DNA of 64,000 nucleotides from Lama guanicoe (Eukaryota). The notes beneath the pieces were generated by a model. That model was not told the origin of the DNA and made no database searches. It worked only from the letters and a program-made list of their open reading frames with translations. The translations under genes and the position numbers were made by a program. Below, piece after piece: positions 51,479 to 64,000 of the stretch; position 1 is the first letter of the stretch, and the number at the start of each line of letters is the position of its first letter. Location: assembly GCA_013239625.1 (NCBI GenBank), contig MU054187.1:23996433-24060432 (forward strand), written 5' to 3'.

Positions 51479-54400
51479 AAAATTTGTTTGCATGGGTAAC
51501 TAACATGTAATTACTGCTAGTAATGGAGACTGATTCTGTTTTAGACTTCTGAATGGAGATTCTAACCATATGGCTCTGTGAATATATAGACAGGTTGTAC
51601 CAACAGGTTGGCTTTCTTTTAGAATAAATGGATTGGGTCAACTCAAGCAAAACTGAACCCTACAGTTTGTTTTGTTAAGCAAAATTCTTACCTAAAAGCA
51701 GAGAACTTTAGTGAACTTTCCTTCTGCGTACTGCATCGGTCCTTCTCTGTCCCAATGTGTGTACCTCAAGGGCTTAACACTCGATTTTCCCTTTCCCATC
51801 TGATGCACATCCTAAGATGCCCTGAAATTAGAATGCACCAGCCATTAATTATATAGCAGTGTTTACTAAGCTCTTCCTGAAGCCAGCATCTCAGCAGTTT
51901 CGCTGTGTACACTGAGCCTGTGCTCACCCAGATCTACCCGTCTCTCAATTAATTATCTGGTTACTTGCCCTAAGGCCTGCCCTTACTTCCAGTTTTTGCT
52001 CACTGTGAGGCTGAATTTTTTTTCCCAGTTTTCATTTGGGTCGATCTCTGATACTCAGATCTCTGGCAGCCTACTCCTCCGCAAGGGCTGTGATGCTGGT
52101 TCTTTGCCTTCATTTCCAGGTCACTCGCATAATAACTACTGTAAGATACACACACACATGCAAATATTGAAACATTACTTTCTATGGATATCCTTCTTCT
52201 TTATTTTCCAGCAGTGCTACACTTTTGTTTCCGTATCCATTTCATTTCAGTGTGATTAAAGAAATCAAAGGCAGCTAATATAACCAGTGGATTACCATCT
52301 TGGACTAGAATCCTGCCCATTGCCACAGGTAAAATAACAAATGTTGAATATTCATTTATGTTTACTATATCGCAGATAATGTGATTACTAATGAAAAAGA
52401 GTCAAATATATTTTATTAAAATTGGGTGCTTGTTTTCTCCTTGAGGCTCTCTATTTTTTCTATTCCCTATTTAATGCTCTCAATCCTGCAACTCAAGGAA
52501 AATTTGAAATCACTTCAGAATATTATTTCCTAAAGGATGAGGTTTAGCAGAGGATTGAGATCTTGGAAATTAAATTATTCTGCTCCAAGTTTTGCCAGAC
52601 CTGGTTTTAATCTTGATTCTGTAACTCATGAGGTTTTTGATCTTGTGGAAATAACTTCTTTTCCCCCAGTGATACCTACTTGCAAGGATTATCGTAAAAA
52701 AGAAATTAGGTAATGCCGGGAAACCTTTGGTATAGTGCCTGGAGAATGCTAAGTATGTAATCAATGGTTCTAGATACTATGTTAACTATCATAGTCAAGT
52801 AAGAAAAGCATTTGAATTAGAATAGTTCAATCATGTCAAAACCTGGACCTTTAAATGTGGAAAAGGAATATTTACCCTTTTGAAAATAATTGTCAGAAAC
52901 CAAATAGCAGCTTTAAGATACCCAATGGTATATTTAAATGGTAACAGCTAAAACACTAGGCTAAAGATGGCTTGGGCAAAATTGTTCTATTTATAAATAG
53001 GTGTATCTTCAGTTCTACAATGTCTAATTATCTTCCCCATGATCTGATCTTGATTTCATGATTTCATTATAGTTTTAGAGTGCCCTGGATAGGCTCCTGG
53101 CCCATGTATACATCTATTCTTACAACACAGCATTTTTTTCTACCTTTAATCCGCCAAAGGTATATTGTATGGGATTGACCCACTTCTGTCGTTGGCTTCT
53201 CCTTCTACACAGTTCTTTCTCCATTGCACTGGGCTCAGCAATGCTAATGCTGCTGTGCTTCTGTTACAAACTGCCTCGTAGTATTTAAATTGGAATTACT
53301 AAGTATTTCTGTTCCTTTACTCAGCTCCTATTCAAAGCCAAAGACCTATCATCAGATTGTCCAAGAAGCATTTTAGAATTAAATTATATGTGCTTTGTTT
53401 TCATATAAAATTACTTCTTACTGAAAGGTTTAATAAAAAAGTGAAGGAAAACTGCAGTATCTTGTATAAGCATTTTGATATAAATATTTCTTTTCTACAG
53501 AAACACATCACTAAAATATTTGTCCTACACATAGTGGCATTAAAACATAGAATTATACCTAGAAAACCAGTGTTGGCTATATGGTTGGCTTCCAAGAACA
53601 TTAGTTCTTTTTTGAAGCTCATATTCAAAGATCTTCAGTAGAGAAAATGGGCTTACTCTCAAAAAAAAGGGGGGGATAATAAAAAAAGAAAACAGAATAG
53701 CTATTTTTCTCCAGTTTACTGTATTAGACAGTGATATACATGAATCAGTTTAAACAAATGGCTGCCTGTCTTATATTCAGATACGTCTACGTAGTGTTAG
53801 GAATTATATGTTCTCCCTAGGTAAACTACTCCATTATTTTATTTTGCAAACTCTTCCATAAGTTGAACTTACATTAGCAACTGGTATTCTACTTAACCAA
53901 TAATGGCTTATTTTTCTTTTATTTAAAAGGCATTTCACTGAAATTACATTTTGACATTCAAACTAATAATTTACATTCTAAAATGATGGCTTTAAATCTG
54001 TTTAGTTTCAAAAACATTGCGTTAGTTAATCTTGTTGACATTTGTGGAATTTACTCTTGCTACATTTGCTAGAAAGTGAGATGAATCTTTCAATGCTAAA
54101 AATATGGTTTTAGTAATGTTCACGTGTATTTCTAATTAAAGATCACTGTTACTGGGTGTTGGTAAACACAGCTCACAGGTTTTTATTAGCACCTGTCACT
54201 TCCTATTTCTGCCTTAGACCATCCTTCAGCCAGCCCACAAACAAATCTGTTTCGAAATTGGCTTGAATAAAATTTGTATTTCATTTCTCCCAGTGGGATA
54301 CATAAATAATAAAACCAATGTAAAGTCGTTCATGAACTGACCCTGGTTTATCTCTCAAAATTGTCTAAGAGGGGAGCCTACTCTGTTTTTGATCACTCAG

Positions 54401-54793
54401 CATCAAACATTTTGGAATACTAAATGCATACAAATACCTCACTCCTGCTATTTCTTATGGCCATAATATACTTCATGTGCACCTCCTTTTTGCTACCATT
54501 GCTTGGATAAGAAAGCCATGTGTACATGTTACTTTCCAGGAGGGCTCCCTGACATCTGCCTCCTCCAGACTCTATCAGATACTCTTGCTCTGTGTCCATA
54601 ATGTTGGTACAACTTTTTTTTAATGTTTATATCCCTCACAGACTCTAAATCCTTTTGAAATAGGGATATCTCATAATTATTATTTTACTTCTGAATAAAA
54701 TCACAATGCTTGGTGTGTATTAAGGACCTAATGTAAATGCATTAATCCGTTAACTAAGGTTCCTTTAATACACAACTGTACTGACTGCCAGAG

Positions 54794-55310
54794 TGTTACC
54801 AAGTCCAACCTCATTCTGCTTGCTGCAGAACAGGCAATAAATCTGCAGACAGGGTGTTGGGGCAAGGAATAACAACTTTATTCAGCAAGCTGGCCAACTG
54901 AGAAGATCGGAAACTAATGTCCTAGAGAACCATTTCCCCAAGTCAGAATTCAGACTCCTTTTATACTAAAAAGGGGAGGGGGTGTGGTTGATTGTTGCAA
55001 ACTTCTTGGTATCAGAATCCTTTGTTCTTTCAGCTGTCCACTTAGGTCAGGCCATGATGTTCCTATAAACCTCCAACAGGACAAATGTTATTCTCTGTTC
55101 TGCAACTTTTTATCTTTACGTGAATGGAAAAGTGTTTACCATTAAAGGTCAGAGCCTTGAGAATGAGCTCTCCTGTCTGTCTCAGGCTGCAGGCAACATT
55201 CTTTTACAAAAGGTACAGAACCAGCATGACTGAGCCCAGGAAACAGAGCACAGGGTCAGAGCCAAAGGAACAGAGCTAATATGGAGTCAGATTTGTTCTT
55301 CCCTAGTACA
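54794..55310 (-). mobile_element. Intact ERV1-class solo LTR (517 bp)
   Basis: TG...CA termini with perfect 4-bp TSD AGAG (54790-54793 / 55311-55314). Minus-strand TATAAAA (54959-54965) lies upstream of AATAAA (54877-54882). Confidence 0.9.
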
Positions 55311-55860
55311 AGAGTAAGCACTGTCTAAAGCATTTGTACATTAGTCCTGATCCTACCAGTAAAGAAAAGAGAACTAAAGTCCCACCCGAATCAAGAGACG
55401 TAAGTTTCTGAAAACTCTTCTACCACAAGAATAGGCAGTAAAGAGATTTTATAAGAAACTGTGGTGAGAGATGCAGATTTCCTCAGCAAGTATATGAAAA
55501 TCTTAGGAAAGGTGTTTTATATGTTATTAAACACTGCACAATTATAATTTCTTAAATGTGTCATAGTAGTATTCTGTATTTGTCATCTGTATGGCTTTAT
55601 TAAATGCCAACTTTGAGGTTCCAAAGTTTGAGTGTAAAACAACTCTATTCCCCTCAGTTCAGTGCACCTGTAAAGAGAGACAGACTCACAGAGTGTGACA
55701 AAAACAAAGGCAGGTTTCACACTTCCTCCTCTTCTACCCAACCACAAAGGAGAATAGAAGAAGGGGAGCTCAAGGCAAAGAGTTACACGTTTGAGTCCCT
55801 ACTGGTAGATGGGTGAATGCTGGCGGAGAAGGGAAAAGGGCATAGCTCTGAGGAAAGCGG

Positions 55861-56320
55861 TCTTACCAAACCATACTGGGGTCTGCTCACCCACATGCAG
55901 TAAAGTCAATCTACAGGGTGGTGGTGAAGGAAAGTGCAGCCTACAAGTAGTCTGGGACAGCCAGTGCTTAGAAAGCCCAAACTCCTTGATGGGTTGCAAG
56001 AAAGCATTTTTAAAGGCCAGATGAGGGGAGCAGGGGAGGAGGGCTGCAGAGTGTATGATCAGCTGGTGCACAATTCTTGATTGGTTGATGGTGAGGTAAC
56101 ACAGCAGTGTCACAGGGGTTAACATTATCAATCCCTAGGCTCCATTAGGCCTGGGTCATCAAGTAGTTAACTTAGCATCTATAAAAGTTTTAGCATCTAT
56201 AAAACAACTCAGGAAATGTGCGTCAGATACAGTTATCCAGGTACTTCAGAGAGGAGCTAAAGCAGAGGATATGGGCAAGGTGTCTGTCCCAGGAAGACCC
56301 CACAGGGTCTTTCTCAGTTC
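55861..56320 (-). mobile_element. ERV1-class solo LTR
   Basis: Shares GGGTCTG...CAGTAAAG..AAT..GTGAAGG.AAGTGC and CCCAAACTC...AAGCATTTTTAAAGGC with 57872-58169. Minus-strand CCAAT at ~56080. Termini are degraded. Confidence 0.78.
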
Positions 56321-56939
56321 TTTTAGGTCACCAGAATGTTGACTAGGTAGCAATGGCCCAAAAGTCAGCCAGAACTTCCTTTGGGTCCATACTAGCAGTG
56401 GGGGGAGAGAGCACTTCCTGTGTCCTCCGGCTGTAGTTAGGAGAAACCGACACATCCGCACCTGGCACCTGCCTCTAGGACAAGCTGGTGTGACTTTCAG
56501 TAGGAATGGCCAAGTAAGTGAAAGACAGAGACTAATCAAATGAATCAGGAGAGAAGAAGAAGAATGACCAGGGCATGATTTAGGAAGATTTAATTACATC
56601 AGAGGCTACCAGCAAACAGGCCTCCCCAGTCAGAATAATCACCCAACTAACCACCGACCTCATAATTCCCAGTCAAAGCTTTCATGCCCAGTTCCAAAAA
56701 GTTATGATCCATAAAGCTACATCAGTCATTTCATTTTTTTGCCTACAGGCTTCAACAAATTCATGGGATAGTCAACTAAGAAAGAATGTCTTTACACTAT
56801 ATTTTGGGGGATCTGTAAACCAATAAAAGAGAATCTTACAGTTAAGAGTCACTCTTTCCTTGTTGAGAACTTGGATTTCCCAGCTCAAGGAGGGGGTGGG
56901 AAAGCGGGATGCAGAGAGAAAAGATAGAGAAAGAAAGAG

Positions 56940-57148
56940 GTTGCCCCTCCCCGGCCTTTTTGCTCTGTTCCTGCCCTGGAGGGACTGGATGATGCCTGCC
57001 TGGTGAAGGGGGATCTTCTTTACTCAGTGTACTGATTCAAATGTTAATCTCTTCCAGGGATATCCACACAAACACACTGAGAAATGATGTTTTATCAGAA
57101 ATCTGGGCCTCCCTCAACCCTGTCAACACATGAAGCTTAATCACCACA
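56940..57148 (-). mobile_element. MLT2-type ERVL LTR fragment
   Basis: GACTGGATGATGCC...CTTTACTCAGTGTACTGATTCAAATGTTAATCTCTTCC...TTAATCACCACA is the characteristic MLT2 end. Confidence 0.75.
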
Positions 57149-57871
57149 GGATTTGATACTCAGATACTCTCCTCTCTTACAGTTTCAGCAAAGAGCAGGT
57201 TTGTGTTGCTTTATTTAAGATAATAAGCATTTTATTTATGAACCTGTTTATTTCTAATACTTGAGTTTATGATATAGAGTTCTATATCTCCAATTTTCAG
57301 AATTAGAAATAATAATATGGGTAGAAAAGGCCATAAGTAACCTTTACGTAAAAGACTCGATACAGCTCAGTATGTGTTTTCCAACCTCTGCTCATTATCA
57401 GTGGCCCCATTGTCTTTGGCAAGAAACCCACGCCAAAGCCCTTGTATTTCAGCTTCTTTCCTTCCAGGTACAGCAGTGCAGTTTTAGGATTTAGGTTTAT
57501 TTATTCCTCATTTTATTTTATTTCTCCTAGATCTCCATTCCAAAATCCCTACTCCATCTCCCCTATTTTACTTATCTTTTCTAATTTCATTTCTAGGCCT
57601 CTTTATCACGTACAAAGCAATAACTGCTAACAAGAGTGACTTAAAGTTGGAGTGTACTGCACTCCAAACTGAATAAAGAATGTTCACAAATAAATATTAG
57701 GACAGTAGAATTTTTATAAGTGAGGGTTTTAACTAGTGCACAATTATAAAACAAATGTTCTATATTCTAATGCATTATGAATGCATATACCACAAAATAT
57801 AAACTGTAATTTAGGAAGAATCTTCACACACTGTTTATCATGATTATTTACACAAAGGGGAACTCAGTAAC

Positions 57872-58169
57872 CCTTACTGGACCAAACTTGGGTCTGTTTA
57901 CCCACACACAGTAAAGCTAATGTACTGACACTGAGTTGCAGTGAAGGTAAGTGCGCCATTTATTGCAGGGCGCCAGAAAAGGAGTCCAAGGCAGCTAATG
58001 CTCAGAAAACCCAAACTCGCTGAAGGGTTTCAAGGAAGCATTTTTTAAAGGCAAGGTGAGGGAGGTGAGACCTAGAAGATTACAGCTTTTCTACAAAGAT
58101 GAGGCAGGATGAGAACGTGGTGGGAGGGGTCTATCTCAGGAAGGCCCTATAGGGCCCTGCTCAGTTACA
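57872..58169 (-). mobile_element. Internally deleted ERV1-class solo LTR
   Basis: TSD TAAC (57868-57871 / 58170-58173), ends GTTACA, minus-strand AATAAA at ~57959-57964. Homologous to both ends of the 55861 and 13448 LTRs but lacks the middle. Confidence 0.8.
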
Positions 58170-59559
58170 TAACCTAGAGTTAAACCGGAGAAAATAATTT
58201 TTTCATATTTCCACATTTTACATTTTGTGTCTTGAGCTTGCTTTATCTATTCAAATGCTAAATAAATGTTTTCAACTGAGTATTGGCTCTTTCAGAATGT
58301 CAAGTTGGTAACAGAGCACCAACAGGGATAATTTCCTGTTTTCAACCTCTTGACCAAATGAGAGATTGAAGATGTGTACCCCCCTCCATAAAAGAGGAAA
58401 GATACTGTAATCAGTATAAGTTTCTAAAGGAAGGACAACAAACTGCTTCATTATGTTTCCACATAGCCTCGCCTAGTCTTCAAATCAGCCATCCCCTGAA
58501 AATCCTTCCATGAGTAACCTGAATTTTTTCCCAAGCTTTTCATTTTTGTAGCATCAGTGAAATAGGTTGGCTCAATAACAGTTTGCACTTATCCTGTTAG
58601 ATGAGGTATATTTCCTTTCTGTCTCCCCCCAGGATAGTAGACATTTTAGAAGCAGTGATTGCGGCAGTGTTCCACTTTAGTGGCAGGTTCCAGAACAGTC
58701 GACAAGGTCACATTTATCTGGGATACAGATGTGAATTCTAGGTCAGAGTTGTCTAGCCCAAGGAAAGCTGTGACCTTGTTTACATTTCTGTGTTTGATAG
58801 CTGGCCTTTGGTTGAATTTCTATGGACCAATAGCTAGGTAAGACGTATCATTCCCATTTAGGCTCTTGTGAATTAATAATTACAGAGTTCAGAGAAGTTA
58901 GTAAAAAGGATGCATTTTGTTAAATACAGATCTAAACAAAAGACACCACCCACTACCTATTAACACAGCATTTCTGTGACTTCCCTGGGTATTACAACAT
59001 GCTAATAGTTAGGTCTACCTAAAACAGTCATCTCAAGCAGAAGAGATTCTAAGTAACAACAAATTTAGGTAGATATTTAGAATTGTTTGATTTTCCAAAA
59101 AATTTTAGTTACTCTCAGAAAAAAAAAATTCTAGCAATTGAATCTTTATCATGTACAACGATTACTTACAGCATTACTTTTAAGTCAGAGACAGTCTGTT
59201 TACAAAGATCTTCATGCTGATTTATTACTATTGACACGTGCTGTTTATGCTAGTGGTCTATGTTTTCTCTATACCAAACACTGTGTGGGGGGTGGAGGTG
59301 GGGATGGAGAAAAGAACAAAGATGGAATAATGCCACTCCTCAATGGTCAAAAGTTTACTTATGGCAGTCTCTCCACACTCAATTAGTGACCTTCAATACA
59401 TCAAGAAAACTTAAGTATTACTTCTTATAGTTTTGAAACTCCAGCCTAAGTGTGAAAATGAGTAGGATTATAAGGGTCATTCATTTTTGTTTCAGAAACT
59501 ATGTCAACACCATCATAGGCAATGGGAGTCCAGGAGAAAAAGAGAGCCCAGGAGAACAC

Positions 59560-59760
59560 AGATGATGCGGTGTAGTGCAAAGTACGTGGGTCCAGGCTCT
59601 GTCACCTGTTAGCTGTATGACCTTGACAAGTCAGTTAAATGTTCTCAGTGGTAACATTTTTATCCTTCATCTGAGGATAATTAACATGCCTGCCTTTTCT
59701 GCCTCATGCCATTAGTGTTAGGCTCAAAGGCCATGGCATGTGTAAAAGTACTAAACATCA
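59560..59760 (+). mobile_element. MIR SINE remnant
   Basis: GGCTCTGTCACCTGTTAGCTGTATGACCTTGACAAGTCAGTTAA matches the MIR core. Confidence 0.6.
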
Positions 59761-60839
59761 CTAAGATGTGTTCAGATGTTAATTGTTATTATCAATAGCA
59801 CAACTATCACATGGGATTGATTTAGGGGCTGGATGAAGCAGTAATTTAATTTCAGTGAAACAACAGTTTTGTCAAATTGAAAATAAAAGTCTTCAAAGGG
59901 AAGAGTAGCAAAACTTGAACTGATTTCTGTGCCATTAGGATTAGCACTAATGGTTAGGGTTAGCACAGGTCTGATTGTATAATGATCTAGAAGCCTAGAC
60001 AAGCAGCTTCAACGTTAACACTGGGAGCATATAACTTAGAATTTCTGAGTATTATCCTATTAAAATTAATAAGCCTATACCAATAATCATATTTAGAAGG
60101 TCCTTGCTCCTAAAGAAAATATATCCTATGATGAGTCAAAAAAAAAAAAAGGAAAAGGATTAATGTTGATAAAAGGAATAGATTTACTCCAAGAACCTAT
60201 GCCTGTTCTAATATGTTCAGCTATTGAGACATTCCTTTGATGCCGTGGAAAATTGTTCTCTAGATTGTAATTTCTGGTGCTTTTATTTTATCCAATTTAA
60301 GAAGAAAAGTGACAGAAATTTCCTTGTTAAGATGTTTAAATTGAGCAAAATGTCCATTTACCATCCTTTGAAGCATTAAACAGCATTGTCCAGGATCCTG
60401 GAAACTGCTGGTATGTAAATGGGACCAATACCCCAAATCTCCAGTTAGTGACTGAACCAGCAAACGGTCCCATGTTAACTGCCAAATTGTTAGCAATGAC
60501 ACAGTGGAAAGAAAAGAACATACATGCTGTAGGTCTCTCAGTATCATTAGGTATTTTTCTTTCCACTTATTTCTGTAACAGACACCTTTGGTGGCTGAAA
60601 AAGTAGCTTGTGGCTAGGGAAAGTATTATTATAGTTTTTAATAGTCAACTTATTTTACATAAGAGTAACAAGCAAAAATTTTAGAGCTCTTTGTTTACTT
60701 TTGAGTTTCAGAAATAAAAAATAAACTCAGAACTCAACTTCTTTAAAATGAGAAGTAACAGTTTATAAATAACTGATTTTAAAATTTGAATCTGGGAAAG
60801 AATAATTAGTTGGAGCACTTTGGATTTTAAAACCATTTA

Positions 60840-61840
60840 CAATTGTCCTTTGTTACCCACAGGGGATTTGTTCTAGACCCCTCAACCCTGCTCCCAGGCA
60901 GATACCAAAAGCCATGGATGCTCAAGCTCCTTATATAAAATGGCAGAGTATTTGCATATAACCTACATATATCCTCCTATATACTTTTTCTTATTGAAGT
61001 ATAATCAGTTACAGTATGTCAATTTCTGGTGTACAGCATAACGTCCCAGTCACGCATATATACATATATTCATTTTCATATTCTTTTTCATTATTACAAG
61101 ATATTAAATACAGTTTCCTGTGCTATACAGAAGAAATGCATTTTTATCTATTTTTTTATATAGTGGTTAACATTTACAAATCTCAAATTCCCAAATTTAT
61201 CCCTTCCCACCTCCTTTCCCCTGGTAACCATAAGATGAGTTCATTAGTGTTCTTTTTTTTTTTTTAGATTCCACATATGAGTTAAATCATATGGTATTTT
61301 TTTCTTTCACTTTCTGGCTTACTTTACTTAGAATGACAATCTCCAGGTCCATCCATGTTGCTGAAAATGGCATTATTTTATTATTATTTATCAGGGAGTA
61401 GTATTCTATTGTATAAATATACTACAATTTCTTTATCCGGTCACCTGTTGATGGACATTCAGATTGCTTCCATGTCTTAGCTATTGCACATAGTGCTGTT
61501 ATGAATACTGGGGTGCATTTATCTTTAATAGTAAGAGTTCCCTCAAGATATATGCTCAGAAGTGGGATTGCTGGATCATACTATAAGTCTGTTTTTATTT
61601 TTTTGAGGAATATCCTCTTATATACGTTGTTATCTCTAGATTATTTATAATGCCTAATGCAATGTAAATTATAGGTAAATAGTTGCAAGTACAATGAAAC
61701 CTGCTATGTAATTAGTTACTGGGTATAGCAAACACAAGCTTTCTCTTTTGGAACTTTCTGGAATTTTTTTCCAAAATATTTTTGATTTGTGTTTGGTTTA
61801 ATCAGTGGATGCAGAACTTGTGGATACAGAGCGCTGACTG
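60840..61840. mobile_element. MER2 (TcMar-Tigger) DNA transposon split by an L1
   Basis: TA on both sides (60838-60839, 61841-61842). Left half GGATGCTCAAG..CCTTATATAAAATGGCAGAGTATTTGCATATAACCTAC; right half TCTCTAGATTA...GGATACAGAGCGCTGACTG. Confidence 0.88.
60985..61609 (-). mobile_element. 5'-truncated L1 inserted in MER2
   Basis: Reverse L1 3' UTR and ORF2 end. TSD ATATCCTC(C/T)TATATAC at 60969-60984 and 61610-61625. Confidence 0.9.
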
Positions 61841-62944
61841 TACTTGGATCCACAAATGATAGATTTAGAATTAACTGGGATATAGGATTTAAGACTGATG
61901 ATGTCTCCTTGTTTATTTGCTCCACCCTACTCAATTTCTGGTAAATAACAGAAATAATGTTTCTAAAGAGGTAAAGCAAGTAACATTACTGTGATAACCA
62001 AAATTTCTGAAATAAATCAGATACAATTCTAAGATTTCACAAATCATATTTAGGTAAAAAAATCTGTATCTAATAGTACTAAATTTGTTTTGATTAAAAT
62101 TTGTGGGAGAAGTGAAGTGATTTGTTTTCAACTTGGAGTTCTCTTTCCAGAAATGTTGATAATAGTGTGTGCTTTATAGTAGATTAAATTCATTTAATAG
62201 ATTTCAAAAATTTCATAATTTTCTTTCTCTATAAGTTTTGATGCATTTTATTTTTCTGGAAATTTTGCTATTTCATCTGAACTTTCAAATTTATTGCCTG
62301 AAAACCATAACAGTGGGTACCAACAGAATCTGGAGCTATCCTGGGTAGCTCGACTACCTCAGACAAATGACAATAGCCAAGGATTTCAATGACCATTACA
62401 GAATGAGCAAGGAGGAGGGAAATTAGAACTAAGTTTTTTCCAGAAACTTGGTACTCCTGGTTTCATAAGAGGGATGATTCCCTATTGTGTCCTAGACTCT
62501 GTAAGAAAACACTTCCCCTGAAAATTTGCAATCTATGGACCATTTTGTTGTTAAATAAAGTTTGAGTTTGTATACTTGTGGCTGAGGAAACTGCTAATCA
62601 GGAAATTGACTTATAAAATAGTCTTGAGCTGCCACTACCACTGGAGTAACTAAAAAAAGAGGAAGAAATAGGACCTCTTGCAAAATCAGCATGCAAAAAG
62701 TGAACCTAATTTTAGTTAGTATAGTGAGTGAAAATCAGAATATATTTATCAATTAACAGATATTTATTGAGTAATTTTAGACATACTTCTCACTTTCTCA
62801 GATCTCACAGTCAGGACATTGAAGGATTGAAGGATTTTGAAGAAAGTGACTTAAAGAAGCACATCATAGACACATTAAGGCTAATGATGAAATGTAGGAG
62901 TTAATTTGGATAACTTAAAAATTTTTGTTTACCTAATTATTATT

Positions 62945-64000
62945 TACTTTTAACTGAAGTATAGTTGGTTTACAACGTTGCATTATTTTCTGGTATACAG
63001 CATAGCCATTCAGTTATAAATAAATATGTTCCCTTTTGTATTTTTTTCATTATAGTCTATTGCAAAGTTTTGAACATAGTTCCCTGTGCTATATAGTAGG
63101 ATCTTGTTGTTTATCTATTTTATATATAGTAGTTAGTATCTGCAAATCCCAAACTCCCAATTCATCCCTCCCCTAACCCTTTCCCTTTCGGAAGCCATAA
63201 CTTTGTTTTCTATGTCTGTGAGTCTGTTTCTGTTTCTTAAATAAGTTCATTTGTATGATTTTTTTTATCTATAAATGATATCATATGGTATATATTGTTC
63301 TCTTTCTGGCTTTCTTCACTTAGTATGACATTTTCCAGCTTCATCCATGTTACTGCAAATGACATTATTTCAATCTTTTCTATGGCTGAGTAGTATTCAT
63401 ATATGTGTGTGTGTGTGTGTGTGTTTATATATATGTGATATATATATATGTATATGCATATATATGTGTGTGTATACAAATTCTTTATCCATCCATCCAT
63501 CAGTGGACATTTAGGTTGCTCCCATGTCTTGGCTATCGTAAGTAGTGTTGCTATGAACACTGGGGTGCATGTACCTTTTCAAATTAGTTTCCTTCAGATA
63601 TTTGCCCAGGAGTGGGATTGCTAGATTATATGATAAGTCTATTTTTAGTTTTCTTAAGGACTCTCCATACTGTTTTCCATAAAGGCTTCACCAAACTACA
63701 TTGTCATCAACAGTGTGTGAGAATTCCCTTTTCTTCACACCCCCTCCAGTATTTCGTTTGTGGACTTTTTAACAATGACCATTTTGACCAGTGTGAGGTA
63801 ATACATCACTGTAGTTTTGATTTGCATTTCTTGGATAGTGATATTAAGCATTTTTTCACATGCCTATTGGCCATTTGTATGTCTTTATTGGAGAAATGTT
63901 TGTTTAGGTCTTCTGCCTATTTTTCGTTGGGTTGTTTATTTTTTTATTATTGAGTTGTATGAGCTGTTTGCATATTCTGGAAATTTAGCCTTTGTCAGTT
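62945..64000 (-). mobile_element. L1 3' portion running off the window end
   Basis: Minus ORF 63237-63560 is the ORF2 C-terminus (MFIATLLTIAKTWEQPKCP...EYYSAIEK...WMKLENVILSE), followed by the same 3' UTR type as the other young L1s. Confidence 0.92.
63399..63476. repeat. (TG)n/(TA)n microsatellite expanded inside L1 ORF2
   Basis: Directly visible. Confidence 0.9.

Noticed and set aside
57647..57667. Near-perfect inverted repeat TTGGAGTGTA-C-TGCACTCCAA
   Set aside because: Too short for a pre-miRNA or MITE; chance level.
55861..58169. Two-LTR provirus bounded by the 55861 and 57872 LTRs
   Set aside because: The LTRs differ in structure, the second has its own TSD, and the interval holds an MLT2 fragment with no PBS or gag/pol similarity.
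218..64000. Remaining 60-116 aa ORFs in the track
   Set aside because: Low-complexity F/L/I/S/K-rich translations typical of AT-rich non-coding DNA, many with non-ATG starts, and no recognisable domains or exon chain.

Overview
This window is AT-rich mammalian genomic DNA, intergenic or deep-intronic. It is most likely camelid, based on a vic-1-type tRNA-Ala-derived SINE at 43245 and several L1 3' ends of one shared lineage-specific type. I found no intact protein-coding exon, RNA gene, CRISPR array or prokaryotic system; nearly all ORF-track entries are chance ORFs or L1 remnants. The window is mostly transposon fossils (L1, L2, MIR, ERV1 and MaLR/ERVL LTRs, MER2, MER33) plus one minus-strand processed pseudogene of UBTD2, whose coding-derived part is 40129-40825. 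Three observations stand out. (1) The UBTD2 retrocopy is disabled, yet its substitutions are strongly A/T->G/C and its CpG island is undecayed, which is the opposite of normal pseudogene decay and suggests local GC-biased gene conversion or germline hypomethylation. (2) A TSD-bounded composite retroelement at 11081-11925 is best explained as a 5'-inverted copy of an ORF1-only (HAL1-like) family, and a related tail recurs at 49455. (3) There are several clean twin-priming and nested insertions. Repeat family names and the UBTD2 reference protein are recalled from memory, not from a database search, and boundaries of old repeats are approximate.
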